From: Candidatus Omnitrophota bacterium
Lineage (GTDB): Bacteria > Omnitrophota > Gorgyraeia > 2-01-FULL-45-10
DNA length: 61,963 nt
Reading direction: 5' to 3'
Assembly (NCBI GenBank): GCA_016929115.1
Contig: JAFGJL010000077.1
Location: forward strand, 1-61,963
Both the position numbers and the translations under genes were made by a program. How positions within the stretch are numbered: position 1 is the first letter of the stretch; each line of letters begins with the position of its first letter. The notes under the pieces were generated by a model. That model had not been told where the DNA came from, did no database searches, and saw only the letters and a list, made by a program, of their open reading frames with translations. Positions 25,412 to 34,856 of this stretch are shown piece after piece.

Positions 25412-26059
25412 CTATCTTATATTCCTTACGATCGTTCTTGAATTATTGAAAACATCTCTGATGTCTGATGGGGCTAGGCCGGCTGACTTTAAGATCTTAA
25501 CTGCATCGGCTTGCGATATAAGGTCCTCATCGCTGTGGGCATCGCTGTTCAAGACAAGCTTTGCGCCTACCGACCGTGCCATCTTGAACAGCCTTTTGTT
25601 GGGAGCGCTGTGGTTCTTCCTTGAAGTAAGCTCAAGATAGACGCCCCTCTTTTTAGCAAGGATCACATCCTCTTTTGTTATTAATCCCGGATGCGCCAAT
25701 ATCGTACAGCCGGCTTCGATAGCCATCCTGTTAGTCCCCTTCAATACCGGCTCTGAGACAGTCTCGCCGTGCACTATAACGACCTTCGCGCCGTTCTTTC
25801 TCGCGAACTTCACAAGCGGCTTTATCTCCCGGACGGGGACGTGCGTGATCTCTACGCCGGGTATCGCCAAGATCTTCCAGTGTTTGTTAAGGACACTGCA
25901 GACCTTTATGATCCTCGGGAGGACGAAATCTATATTCGAAGAATCGACATGGTCGGTGAGCGCTATCGCGGTGTAGCCGAGCGCCTCCGCGCGCCTGACG
26001 ACCTCGCTCGGAAGGAGCTCCCCGTCGGAAAGAAGCGTATGTGTGTGCAGGTTTATCAT
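25412..26059 (-). CDS. PHP-domain phosphoesterase (histidinol-phosphatase-like)
   Basis: MINLHTHTLLSDGEL, later DHVD, and the SDAH motif of the PHP fold. Confidence 0.75.
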   Translation of the reverse strand: MINLHTHTLLSDGELLPSEVVRRAEALGYTAIALTDHVDSSNIDFVLPRIIKVCSVLNKHWKILAIPGVEITHVPVREIKPLVKFARKNGAKVVIVHGETVSEPVLKGTNRMAIEAGCTILAHPGLITKEDVILAKKRGVYLELTSRKNHSAPNKRLFKMARSVGAKLVLNSDAHSDEDLISQADAVKILKSAGLAPSDIRDVFNNSRTIVRNIR

Positions 26060-26160
26060 ATGTTTTTTACCCGCGTTTAGGGTCCTACGGATTCTTTTAG
26101 GTACTTCAGCGGCTAAAGTCCTCGCTATTCGCTCGGACTTCTTAACGCCGCTTCAGTATC

Positions 26161-26181
26161 AAACTTCGCTTCGCGAAGTTT
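26161..26181 (-). terminator. 9-bp hairpin immediately 3' of the tRNA
   Basis: aaacttcgc-ttc-gcgaagttt. There is no strong T-run. Confidence 0.3.
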
Positions 26182-26257
26182 GGCGCCCCTGGCCTGAGTC
26201 GAACAGGCGACACCAGGTTTAGGAAACCTGTGCTCTATCCATCTGAGCTACAGGGGC
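26181..26257 (-). tRNA. tRNA-Arg (anticodon CCU), CCA encoded
   Basis: Hand-folded cloverleaf: GCCCCTG TA GCTC AGATGGATA GAGC A CAGGT TTCCTAA ACCTG GTGTC GCCTG TTCGACT CAGGC CAGGGGC G CCA. Confidence 0.9.
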
Positions 26258-26356
26258 GCTGTAATCCGAGTCCTTAGCCCTGTCGGCGAAATCCGCCGAA
26301 GCCCTCTGTCTATCTCGCATCGTTGGCGTAAGCGGAGAGCTACAGGGGCGGCGGCC

Positions 26357-26881
26357 TCAGCAATACTCATCTTTAATGATCGAATAGACGGGATAGCCCT
26401 TTAGCTTCTCGCGGCCTTTCAGGGGAAGGAGCTCTATCAGGAACGCTATGCCCGCTATCTCTCCGCCCATCTTCTCCACAAGGTCTATAACGGCCCGCGT
26501 AGTCCCGCCGGTGGCAAGCAGATCGTCTACGATAAGGACCTTGTCGCCTTTCTTAAAGGCGTCCTTATGCATCTCCAGCGCGTCCTTGCCATACTCGAGG
26601 TCGTATGTGATGGTGTGTTTTTCGTGCGGCAGCTTGCCTGGTTTTCGTATAGGCACGATGCCCAGGCCAAGCTTGTAGGCGAGCGCGGCGCCGAATATGA
26701 AGCCTCTCGACTCCACGCTCAGGACAACCTGGGCCTTCTTTCCTTCAAGCTCCGACGCTAACATGTCTATGGACTCTTTGAATGCCTTGCCCTCTTTAAG
26801 GAGCGTTGTTATATCCTTGAATATGATGCCCGGTTTCGGGAAGCCCGGGATATCCCTTATATATTTTTTCAGGTCTTTCAT
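26357..26881 (-). CDS. apt: adenine phosphoribosyltransferase
   Basis: PRPP-binding motif VLIVDDLLATGGT plus full-length Apt similarity. Confidence 0.9.
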   Translation of the reverse strand: MKDLKKYIRDIPGFPKPGIIFKDITTLLKEGKAFKESIDMLASELEGKKAQVVLSVESRGFIFGAALAYKLGLGIVPIRKPGKLPHEKHTITYDLEYGKDALEMHKDAFKKGDKVLIVDDLLATGGTTRAVIDLVEKMGGEIAGIAFLIELLPLKGREKLKGYPVYSIIKDEYC

Positions 26882-26888
26882 GTGATAT

Positions 26889-27716
26889 CTACCCTTTCCT
26901 CAATGCCAGCTCTTTTTCCTGCTGAAGTATGAGTTTTCTCATCTTGCGCATGGCCGCGGATTCGATCTGGCGGACCCTTTCCCTCGTGATGCCGAAGTGC
27001 TTGGCGGTATCTTTGAGAGTACAGGTGACCCCGTCCTTAAGGCCGAACCTCAGGCGCAGTATCTTCTGCTCGCGCTTGGACATCTTGCCCAGGAGGTCCT
27101 TTATCCTCTCTCTGACAAAGAAGTTCGAGAGCCCGTCGGCCGCGGTCGCCACGTTCTCGTCCTCTATGAGGTTCATGAACTCGATCGAGCCCTCCTCGCC
27201 GACCGGCGCGTTAAGGCTCGATATGCCGGTCACCATCTTATTGAGCTGGCGCGCCCGCTTCATCGGGAGCTTCATCCTCTTGGCGATCTCGTTAAGCCGC
27301 GGCTTGCGCTTGAACCGTTCGGTAAGCTGGTCCGTGGTCTTTTTGAAGCGCATCAAAAGCTCCAAGACGTAGACCGGGATGCGGACCGTCTTGCCCTGGT
27401 TCGCGATGGCCCTCGAGATATACTGGCGTATCCACCACGCGGCGTAGGTCGAGAAGCGGTAACCCTTCCTGGGATTGAACTTCTGGACCGCCTTCATGAG
27501 GCCGAGGTTGCCTTCCTCGATGAGGTCGAGCATCGACACGCCGAAGTACGAATATTTCTTGGCGATGTTGATGACGAGCCTGAGGTTCGACTGTATCATC
27601 CTGGCCCGCGCGGCCTTATCGCCCTTCTTTATCCGCCTGGCGAGCTCTATCTCCTCTTCCGGCGTCAGGAGCGGGAGCTTCTTGATATCTTTCAGATACA
27701 GCCTTATCGCATCCAT
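26889..27716 (-). CDS. sigma70-family RNA polymerase sigma factor (regions 2-4, short form)
   Basis: Regions 1.2/2: IRLYLKDIKKLPLLTPEEE, NLRLVINIAKKY, GLMKAVQKFNPRKGYRFSTYAAWWIRQ. Region 4.2 HTH: TLKDTAKHFGITRERVRQIE. Confidence 0.85.
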   Translation of the reverse strand: MDAIRLYLKDIKKLPLLTPEEEIELARRIKKGDKAARARMIQSNLRLVINIAKKYSYFGVSMLDLIEEGNLGLMKAVQKFNPRKGYRFSTYAAWWIRQYISRAIANQGKTVRIPVYVLELLMRFKKTTDQLTERFKRKPRLNEIAKRMKLPMKRARQLNKMVTGISSLNAPVGEEGSIEFMNLIEDENVATAADGLSNFFVRERIKDLLGKMSKREQKILRLRFGLKDGVTCTLKDTAKHFGITRERVRQIESAAMRKMRKLILQQEKELALRKG

Positions 27717-27717
27717 A

Positions 27718-30459
27718 CTATTTTTTCTTCTTTCCCTTCTCCTCCGCGACCGCCTGCGCCGCCGCTAGCCGCGCTATCGGCACGCGGTACGGAGAGCAGC
27801 TGACATAATCCATCCCGACCGAGTGGCAGAACTTTATGCTGTCGGGATCGCCGCCGTGTTCGCCGCAGATACCGACCTCAAGGCCTTTTCTCGTCGAGCG
27901 GCCGCGCTGTATGCCCATGGCGATGAGCTGTCCCACGCCTTCGCGGTCGATCGTCTGGAACGGATCCTTAGGCAGTACCTTCTTGTCGAGATAGTCGGGC
28001 AAGAACCCTCCGATGTCATCCCGGCTGAAGCCGAACGTCATCTGCGTCAGGTCGTTCGTACCGAAGGAGAAGAACTCCGCCACCTCGGCTATCTTATCGG
28101 CGACAAGCGCCGCTCTCGGTATCTCTATCATCGTCCCTATCATGTAATGGAGCTTCACATTGTATTTCTTCTGGACCTCTTCAGCCTTCGCCTTGATGAT
28201 GTCATACTGGTCCCTTATCTCGGCCTGTGAGCCGACGATCGGCACCATCACTTCAGGGAATACCTTGACCTTGTTCCTGGTCAGCTCCGCAGCCGCTTCG
28301 AAGACCGCCTGGACCTGCATCCTGGTGATCTCCGGATAGGTTATGCCTAAACGGCAGCCGCGGTGGCCGAGCATCGGGTTCAGTTCGTGGAGCTTGTCGA
28401 TACGTGACTCGAGCTTTTCAAGCGTGATGCCGAGCTCGGCGGCAAGCTCTTTCTTCTTATCGTCTTCCTTCGGCAGGAACTCGTGAAGCGGGGGGTCCAG
28501 AAGGCGTATGATGACAGGCAGGCCTTCCATCGCCTTTAATATCCCGATGAAATCCTCCCTCTGGTAAGGCAGTATCTCCGCGAGCGCCTTTTCCCTGTCA
28601 GCCACCGTCTCGGCGACGATCATCTTGCGCATCGATTTGATCCTGGCCGGGTCGAAGAACATGTGCTCGGTACGGCACAGCCCGATGCCCTGGGCCCCGA
28701 ACTTGCGCGCCGTCGTCGCGTCATCCGGCCTGTCGGCGTTCGTCCTGACTTTAAGACGGCGGACCTCGTCGCATATCTTCATGAAAGCCTTGAAATATTT
28801 ATCGTGCTCCATATCGGGCTCTACGAGAGGCAGCTTCGCGGCGTACACGTTCCCCTTCGTGCCGTTGAGCGTGACCCATTCACCTTCCTTGACGGTCGTA
28901 TTGCCCACCGAGAAGGTCCTGCTTTCGCTGTCGATATGGATGGCGGCGCAGCCCACTATGCAGCACTTACCCCAGCCGCGCGCGACGAGCGCCGCGTGCG
29001 AGGTCATACCGCCTTTGGACGTCAGCACGCCCTGGCTCGAGTGCATGCCGTGCACATCTTCGGGGGAGGTCTCCTCGCGCACGAGGACCACCTGCTTGCC
29101 TTCCCTTGCCCATGCTTCGGCTGTATCAGAAGTAAAGACTGCCATCCCGACGCCGCCGCCCGGGCCTGCCGGCAATCCCCTCGCGACCGGCCTGGCGCCC
29201 TTCTCCGCCGAAGGATCGACCATCGGGTGGAGGAGCTCGTCGATCTGCGCCGGAGTGACCCTAAGGGTCGCCTCCTCTTTGGATATAAGTTTCTCTTTCA
29301 CCATATCGACGGCAATGCGCACAGCCGCTGTACCGTTCCTCTTGCCGATACGGCACTGCAGCATGAAGAGCCTTCCCTTTTCGATGGTGAACTCGATGTC
29401 CTGCATGTCGCGGTAATGCTCCTCAAGCCGCCTTTGGATATCAAAAAGCTCCTTATATGCCTTGGGCATGATCTCCTCGAGCGTCTTCAGGTCCTTGTTG
29501 TGCTCGCTCTTAGACTCCGCGTTGATAGGCCCGGGCGTCCTGATGCCAGCGACAACGTCTTCGCCTTGGGCGTTAACGAGGTATTCCCCGTAGAACTTGT
29601 TCTCGCCGTTGCCCGGATCGCGCGTGAACGCGACGCCCGTGGCTGAATCGTTGCCCATGTTACCGAAGACCATCGCCTGGACGTTCACCGCCGTGCCCCA
29701 TTCGTCCGGTATGCCCTCGATCTTCCTGTAAGAGACGGCGCGCTTGCCGTTCCATGACGCGAAGACCGCGCCGATACCGCCCCAGAGCTGGTCCTGCGGG
29801 TCGTCCGGGAAATCCTTGCCGAGGACGTCCTTTATCCTGACCTTGAACATATCGCAAAGTTTTTTCAGGTCGGCGACCTTCATGTCCGTATCGCTCTTGT
29901 AACCCTTCTTCTCCTTCATGTCGCCCAGGATATTCTCGAGCTGCTTGCGGATGCCCATGCCTTCTTCCGGCTCAATGCCCGCGGCCTTCTCCATGACGAC
30001 GTCCGAGTACATCATGATGAGGCGGCGGTAAGCGTCATAGACGAAACGTTCGTTGCCCGTGAGCGCGACAAGTCCCGGGATCGTCTTCTCGGTCAGGCCG
30101 ACGTTGAGGACCGTCTCCATCATCCCGGGCATCGACTTGCGCGCGCCCGAGCGGACAGAAACGAGAAGCGGGTTCTTCGGATCGCCGAACGACTTACCCA
30201 TGAGCTTCTCGACCCGCGCCATCGCCTTCGCGGCTTCCTCGCGCATGCCCTTCGGATAAGTCTTCTTGTTCTGGTAATAGTAGGTGCAGACGTCGGTCGT
30301 CACCGTGTATCCCGGAGGCACCGGCAGTTTCAGTTTCGGATGTCCAGCCATAGCCGCGAGGTTCGCCCCTTTTCCTCCGAGGAGGTTCTTCATCGATTCG
30401 TCGCCGTCCGCCTTGCCGCCGCCGAAAGCATAGATGTACTTCTTGGAATTACCGGCCAT
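27718..30459 (-). CDS. ppdK: pyruvate, phosphate dikinase
   Basis: Full-length PPDK similarity, including the phospho-His region GGMTSHAALVARG. Start trimmed to MAGNSKKYIYAFGGG. Confidence 0.92.
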   Translation of the reverse strand: MAGNSKKYIYAFGGGKADGDESMKNLLGGKGANLAAMAGHPKLKLPVPPGYTVTTDVCTYYYQNKKTYPKGMREEAAKAMARVEKLMGKSFGDPKNPLLVSVRSGARKSMPGMMETVLNVGLTEKTIPGLVALTGNERFVYDAYRRLIMMYSDVVMEKAAGIEPEEGMGIRKQLENILGDMKEKKGYKSDTDMKVADLKKLCDMFKVRIKDVLGKDFPDDPQDQLWGGIGAVFASWNGKRAVSYRKIEGIPDEWGTAVNVQAMVFGNMGNDSATGVAFTRDPGNGENKFYGEYLVNAQGEDVVAGIRTPGPINAESKSEHNKDLKTLEEIMPKAYKELFDIQRRLEEHYRDMQDIEFTIEKGRLFMLQCRIGKRNGTAAVRIAVDMVKEKLISKEEATLRVTPAQIDELLHPMVDPSAEKGARPVARGLPAGPGGGVGMAVFTSDTAEAWAREGKQVVLVREETSPEDVHGMHSSQGVLTSKGGMTSHAALVARGWGKCCIVGCAAIHIDSESRTFSVGNTTVKEGEWVTLNGTKGNVYAAKLPLVEPDMEHDKYFKAFMKICDEVRRLKVRTNADRPDDATTARKFGAQGIGLCRTEHMFFDPARIKSMRKMIVAETVADREKALAEILPYQREDFIGILKAMEGLPVIIRLLDPPLHEFLPKEDDKKKELAAELGITLEKLESRIDKLHELNPMLGHRGCRLGITYPEITRMQVQAVFEAAAELTRNKVKVFPEVMVPIVGSQAEIRDQYDIIKAKAEEVQKKYNVKLHYMIGTMIEIPRAALVADKIAEVAEFFSFGTNDLTQMTFGFSRDDIGGFLPDYLDKKVLPKDPFQTIDREGVGQLIAMGIQRGRSTRKGLEVGICGEHGGDPDSIKFCHSVGMDYVSCSPYRVPIARLAAAQAVAEEKGKKKK

Positions 30460-30572
30460 TTCTCTTACCGCTCCTTTCGAATTTGCGAAGCAAATTCGAT
30501 ACTGAAACAGCGTAAAAATGCGACCCAAGGGAGCATTTTAGCTGCCGAAGTATCTTATCGCCTCATTTCAAC

Positions 30573-31883
30573 TCAATCTTTGAACTTATCGACTAAATAC
30601 GCTTTGACCGTATCGACGCTTATCCTGTCCTGTTTCATCGAATCCCTGTCGCGGACCGTCACCTTGCGGTCACTCAGGCTGTCCACATCGACGGTGATGC
30701 AGTACGGCGTCCCTATCTCGTCCTGCCGCCTGTAGAGCCGGCCGATGGAAGCGGTGTCGTCGTACATAACTTTAAATCCCTTGCGGAGTCCGTTGGCGAT
30801 GTTCTTTGCCAGCTCCACCAGGTCGGGCCTGTTGCGTAACAGCGGGAGCACCGCGGCCTTTAGCGGCGCCAGCGCCTTGTGGAGGGCCAGGCTCACACGC
30901 TTCTCGCCCTTTACCTCTTCCTCCCTGTACGCGTCGAAGAGGAACGCAAGTATAGCGCGGTCTATGCCGCCTGAAGGCTCGATGACGTACGGGATGAACC
31001 GCTCCTTAGTGGCCTCGTCGAAATAGTCGAGCTCCTTGCCGCATAGGCGGCTGTGCTGCTTCAGGTCGAAATCCGTCCGGTTGGCGATACCCTCCAGCTC
31101 GGACCAGCCGAACGGGAAATTATATTCTATGTCTGTGCACGCCTTAGCGTAATGGGCAAGCTCCTTCTTCTCGTGCTGGCGCTTCCTCAGGTTCTCCTTC
31201 CTGATGCCGAACCTCGCATACCAGACGAACCTCTCTTCGACCCACTTGTGGTACCATTCGTCGTCGGTGCCGGGCTTCACGAAATACTCTATCTCCATCT
31301 GCTCGAATTCGCGCGAACGAAATGTGAAGCTGCGTGTGGTTATCTCGTTGCGGAAGGATTTTCCTATCTGGGCGATGCCGAACGGTATTTTCCGACGCAT
31401 AGAATTGACGACATTCTGGAAATTTACGAAGATGCCCTGAGCGGTTTCGGGCCTGAGGTAGGTGAGGCTGCCTTCATCCTCGATGGGACCCAGGTGCGTC
31501 TTCAGCATAAGGTTGAACTGCCTGGCCTCTGTCAGCTCTCCGCCGCACTCCGGGCATTTCTTGCCGGTGACGTTCTCGACCTTGAAGCGCTTCTTGCAGG
31601 ACTTGCAATCCGCGAGCGTGTCCTCGAAACTCGACACGTGGCCGGAAGCCATCCACGTCATCGGGTGCATGAGGATAGCGGCTTCGATCCCCTCTATGTC
31701 ATCCCGCTCGTAGACGTTGGAGCGCCACCAGGCCTCTTTGAGGTTCTTCTTTATCTCTGCGCCGATCGGGCCGTAGTCCCAGGTGGCCGCAAGCCCGCCG
31801 TATATCTCGCTCGACTGGAATATTATGCCGCGCCGCTTGCAAAGCGACACGAGCTTGTCCATCATATCAGGTTGTTGCTGCAT
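30573..31883 (-). CDS. glyQS: glycine--tRNA ligase (dimeric class II type)
   Basis: SLCKRRGIIFQSSEIYGGLAATWDYGPIG and class II motifs. The exact start Met is uncertain. Confidence 0.9.
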   Translation of the reverse strand: MQQQPDMMDKLVSLCKRRGIIFQSSEIYGGLAATWDYGPIGAEIKKNLKEAWWRSNVYERDDIEGIEAAILMHPMTWMASGHVSSFEDTLADCKSCKKRFKVENVTGKKCPECGGELTEARQFNLMLKTHLGPIEDEGSLTYLRPETAQGIFVNFQNVVNSMRRKIPFGIAQIGKSFRNEITTRSFTFRSREFEQMEIEYFVKPGTDDEWYHKWVEERFVWYARFGIRKENLRKRQHEKKELAHYAKACTDIEYNFPFGWSELEGIANRTDFDLKQHSRLCGKELDYFDEATKERFIPYVIEPSGGIDRAILAFLFDAYREEEVKGEKRVSLALHKALAPLKAAVLPLLRNRPDLVELAKNIANGLRKGFKVMYDDTASIGRLYRRQDEIGTPYCITVDVDSLSDRKVTVRDRDSMKQDRISVDTVKAYLVDKFKD

Positions 31884-32001
31884 GGGGGAGGTTTTTCGGT
31901 TTATATATGATTATTTTATTATAAAAGCGCTAATAATATGAAAATCTCCGTTATCGTAACATACGGCATACGCAAAATCAAGTGAAAACGATGCGCGCCC
32001 C

Positions 32002-32754
32002 CTACGCCTCTATCGCCTTTAAGAACCTCAATGTATTGAAACGGTGCTCTACGTGGTAATCGAGAAACCTTCTCAGGACCCTCTCCAGGTCCCTCCCCAC
32101 CTCGGAGGCTACCTTGACCCGCATCAGCTTCTCGAGGCCCGACGAACGGACGTGCTCGATGAACTTGACCGTACCGGCCATGACCGGCTGGCTCGTCTTA
32201 TCGCTCTGCCCGCATACGTCGCACAGGAGCCCTCCGTGGAGCAGGCTTAAGGAAGGCCGCGCGCCGAGGGCCTTGCCGCAGTGCGAACAGCGCCCCAGGG
32301 CCGGCATCAGGCCGAGCAGGCCGAGAATCTTGATCTCGAATATACGCGCGATCCTTTTCGGGCTATCCTCACCGCACAGGAGCCTGAGGCTGTGAGAGAG
32401 GAGCTCGAATACTTCTTTATGGGGGTCGTGCAGGACCGTGACCGCGTCGGCGAGCTCTATGAAGTACGAGGCGTAGGCGAGCTTTTCGAGCGACGAGCGC
32501 ACGGGAGCGAAGAACTCCAGGAGGTCACAGTGCGATATCGTGAAGAGCTCGCTCTTCTTCCGCTCGTAGAAGACGACGTTGTCGAGGGCGAATATCTCGA
32601 AGGCCCCGCCGCCGCAGGCGGCGCGTACGCCGCGGGCCCCCTTCACGACGCCTTTTATCTTTCCGAAACCCTTCGTGTAGAAAGTAAGGATAAGGCTCGT
32701 CTCGCGCAGGTCCTGCCTACGCAAAAGTATCGCCTCTGATTTTTGGATGGGCAT
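32002..32754 (-). CDS. recO: DNA repair protein RecO
   Basis: OB-fold N-terminus EAILLRRQDLRETSLILTFYTKGFGKIKGV and zinc motif CSHCG...CDVCG. Confidence 0.85.
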   Translation of the reverse strand: MPIQKSEAILLRRQDLRETSLILTFYTKGFGKIKGVVKGARGVRAACGGGAFEIFALDNVVFYERKKSELFTISHCDLLEFFAPVRSSLEKLAYASYFIELADAVTVLHDPHKEVFELLSHSLRLLCGEDSPKRIARIFEIKILGLLGLMPALGRCSHCGKALGARPSLSLLHGGLLCDVCGQSDKTSQPVMAGTVKFIEHVRSSGLEKLMRVKVASEVGRDLERVLRRFLDYHVEHRFNTLRFLKAIEA

Positions 32755-32776
32755 CTGTCAGCGGCCGGTTTTAATG

Positions 32777-33475
32777 TCACCTGAACAGTTGGAAAATGAA
32801 CGTCGTCACAAGGACACCGAGGAGGGAGCCGACGATGACCTCCCACACGGTGTGGATCGCGTACTTGACGCGGTGGCGCGCGATCAGGAACGCCATCACG
32901 AAAGCGAGTATGATGATGATCGAGTTGTTCGTCATGAAAGCAATGGCCGTCCAGAGCGAAAAGGCGAACGCGGCGTGGCCCGAAGGCATGCCGCCGCGCA
33001 TCGGCGTGCCTTTATGGAATATGATCTTTCCGGCGATCGTCAGCGCGAGGACCAGGATTATGGACATGAAGGTAAGGTGCCACGGCGACTCCCTTAGCCG
33101 CTCCACGCCGACCTCTATATTGAGGGGTATCGTCTTCGCGAAAAGGACGTAGCCGACTATCAGGGCGTTGAAGGCGACGAGAAGGACGGCGCCCGCCGAC
33201 ACGTCCTTGATGATCCGCGCTATCGGGTGGAACTCGCTCTGGACCATGTCGACTATCAGCTCGATGGCCGTGTTCAGCATCTCGGATACCAGGACGAACA
33301 TGATGGTGATGCAGAGTATGCCGATATGGAGCGCCGAAAAATTGAGCACGATGGCCAACAGGACGACGAGTACGGCTATAAGGAAATGGACCCTCATGTT
33401 GCGCTGGGTCTTCAGGACGTATATGAAGCCCTCTATCGCGGCATTGAAACTTTCGACAATCCCACGCTCTCGCAT
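32777..33475 (-). CDS. dgkA: diacylglycerol/undecaprenol kinase (DgkA) fused to a PAP2-type phosphatase domain
   Basis: N-terminal half has DgkA motifs (NMRVHF, SEMLNTAIELIVD). C-terminal half has PAP2 motifs (K..TPMRGGMPSGHAA and ARHRV..AIHTVWEVIVG). Confidence 0.75.
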   Translation of the reverse strand: MRERGIVESFNAAIEGFIYVLKTQRNMRVHFLIAVLVVLLAIVLNFSALHIGILCITIMFVLVSEMLNTAIELIVDMVQSEFHPIARIIKDVSAGAVLLVAFNALIVGYVLFAKTIPLNIEVGVERLRESPWHLTFMSIILVLALTIAGKIIFHKGTPMRGGMPSGHAAFAFSLWTAIAFMTNNSIIIILAFVMAFLIARHRVKYAIHTVWEVIVGSLLGVLVTTFIFQLFR

Positions 33476-33906
33476 ATCTTCCTCAATATGGCGTTCTGCC
33501 TCTTCGACATCCTCTCACGCCCCGCCTTCGTCACATCATCGTAACCGTAAAGGTGCAGGATGCCGTGGATGACGTAAAGCGCCAGCTCTTCCTCGAACCG
33601 CGTCCCGAAGGCCTTGGCGTTCTTTCTTGCCGCGCAGGGACATACGGCTATAGCGCCCACGAACCTTTTTACCCCGCGCCCTTCGATGCCCATCTTGAAA
33701 CTCAGCACATCCGTCAGGCGCGAGCTGCCTTTGTACCTCTTGTTCAAGCGGCGCATCGCGCGAGCGTCCACAAAGACGATGTCGAGCTCCGCCCTCTTTT
33801 TTGTGGCCAGGCGCGCGCACCGGGCCGCTATCTTTGACAGCAGCTTCTCGTTGAGGCGGCACGACGTGTCGAGGTTGCGGACGGTCACGCCTGCGCTCGC
33901 CGTCAT
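33433..33906 (-). CDS. ybeY: rRNA maturation endoribonuclease YbeY
   Basis: HGILHLYGYDD zinc-binding motif. The 3' end overlaps the dgkA start by 43 nt. Confidence 0.9.
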   Translation of the reverse strand: MTASAGVTVRNLDTSCRLNEKLLSKIAARCARLATKKRAELDIVFVDARAMRRLNKRYKGSSRLTDVLSFKMGIEGRGVKRFVGAIAVCPCAARKNAKAFGTRFEEELALYVIHGILHLYGYDDVTKAGRERMSKRQNAILRKICESVGLSKVSMPR

Positions 33907-34853
33907 TTCACGTTCAGCCTGTCGTAGGCCCTGATGATCTGCTGTACGAGCTCGTGCCTCACGACGTCCTCGCCCTTCAGATATACGAACGCTATGCCCT
34001 CGATGTCTTTCAGGATGGTCCGGACCTGCTCAAGGCCCGAGGTCTTGTTGCTGGGCAGGTCGCTCTGGGTGACGTCGCCTGTTATGACCGTCTTCGAATC
34101 GAAGCCGAGCCTTGTCAGGAACATCTTCATCTGTTCCGGCGTCGAGTTCTGCGCCTCGTCCATGATGATGAAGGAGTCGTTCAGGGTCCTTCCTCTCATG
34201 TACGCCAGCGGCGCGACCTCTATGATGCCCCGCTCTGTGTAATCCTTTATCTTGTCGACCTCCATCATATCGTAGAGCGCGTCGTAGAGCGGCCGCGTGT
34301 ACGGGGAGACCTTCTCGTAAAGGTCGCCCGGAAGATAGCCAAGGCTCTCGCCCGCCTCGACCGCGGGCCTGGTCAGTATGATCCTGGAGACGAGCTGTTT
34401 CTTGAGCGCGTTCACCGCCATCGCCATGGCCAGATACGTCTTGCCGGTCCCGGCAGGGCCGATGCAGAAGACGATGTCGTTCTTCCTTATGGCGTCGACG
34501 TACTCCTTCTGGCCCTTCGATTTCGGCGTGACGTACTGCCTCTTCGATGAGACCTCTATCCTGTCTAGGTATATGGAATGGACGTCGCGCGTCTCGTCCT
34601 CCTTTACGACCTTTATCGCGTATATGATCTCGTGCTTCTTTATAGCGCCGCCCGAGCGCAGGGTAAGGATGAGCTCCTCCAGGAGACGGGACGCGAGCTG
34701 CACGCCTTTCTGCTCCCCCTGGACCTTGAGCGTGTCGGCCCTGGCCACGACCGTAACGCCGAACTCCTTTTCAATGAGCTTTATGTTCTCGTCATGCGTG
34801 CCGAAGAGGGCCCTGGCTTCCTGCAGATCCTTTAACGCTATGATATTTTCCAT
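33903..34853 (-). CDS. phoH: PhoH-family ATPase
   Basis: Walker A GPAGTGKTYLAMAMAV, and the phoH-ybeY-dgkA gene order. Confidence 0.9.
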   Translation of the reverse strand: MENIIALKDLQEARALFGTHDENIKLIEKEFGVTVVARADTLKVQGEQKGVQLASRLLEELILTLRSGGAIKKHEIIYAIKVVKEDETRDVHSIYLDRIEVSSKRQYVTPKSKGQKEYVDAIRKNDIVFCIGPAGTGKTYLAMAMAVNALKKQLVSRIILTRPAVEAGESLGYLPGDLYEKVSPYTRPLYDALYDMMEVDKIKDYTERGIIEVAPLAYMRGRTLNDSFIIMDEAQNSTPEQMKMFLTRLGFDSKTVITGDVTQSDLPSNKTSGLEQVRTILKDIEGIAFVYLKGEDVVRHELVQQIIRAYDRLNVK

Positions 34854-34856
34854 GCG

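Noticed and set aside
26181-26257. tRNA-Arg as the attachment site of an integrated element.
   Set aside because: No integrase, phage or IS gene is nearby. The only repeat is a 13-nt copy of the tRNA 5' end (integrases normally duplicate the 3' end), and the flanking genes are housekeeping.
27718-30528. N-terminal extensions of track ORFs: ppdK to 30528, the HEAT-repeat gene to 22861, the endonuclease III-like gene to 21682, the Gly-zipper gene to 16860, and the small secreted gene to 57310.
   Set aside because: The extensions are non-homologous, overlap neighbouring genes or lack an SD. Internal Mets restore canonical N-termini or signal peptides, so the starts were trimmed.
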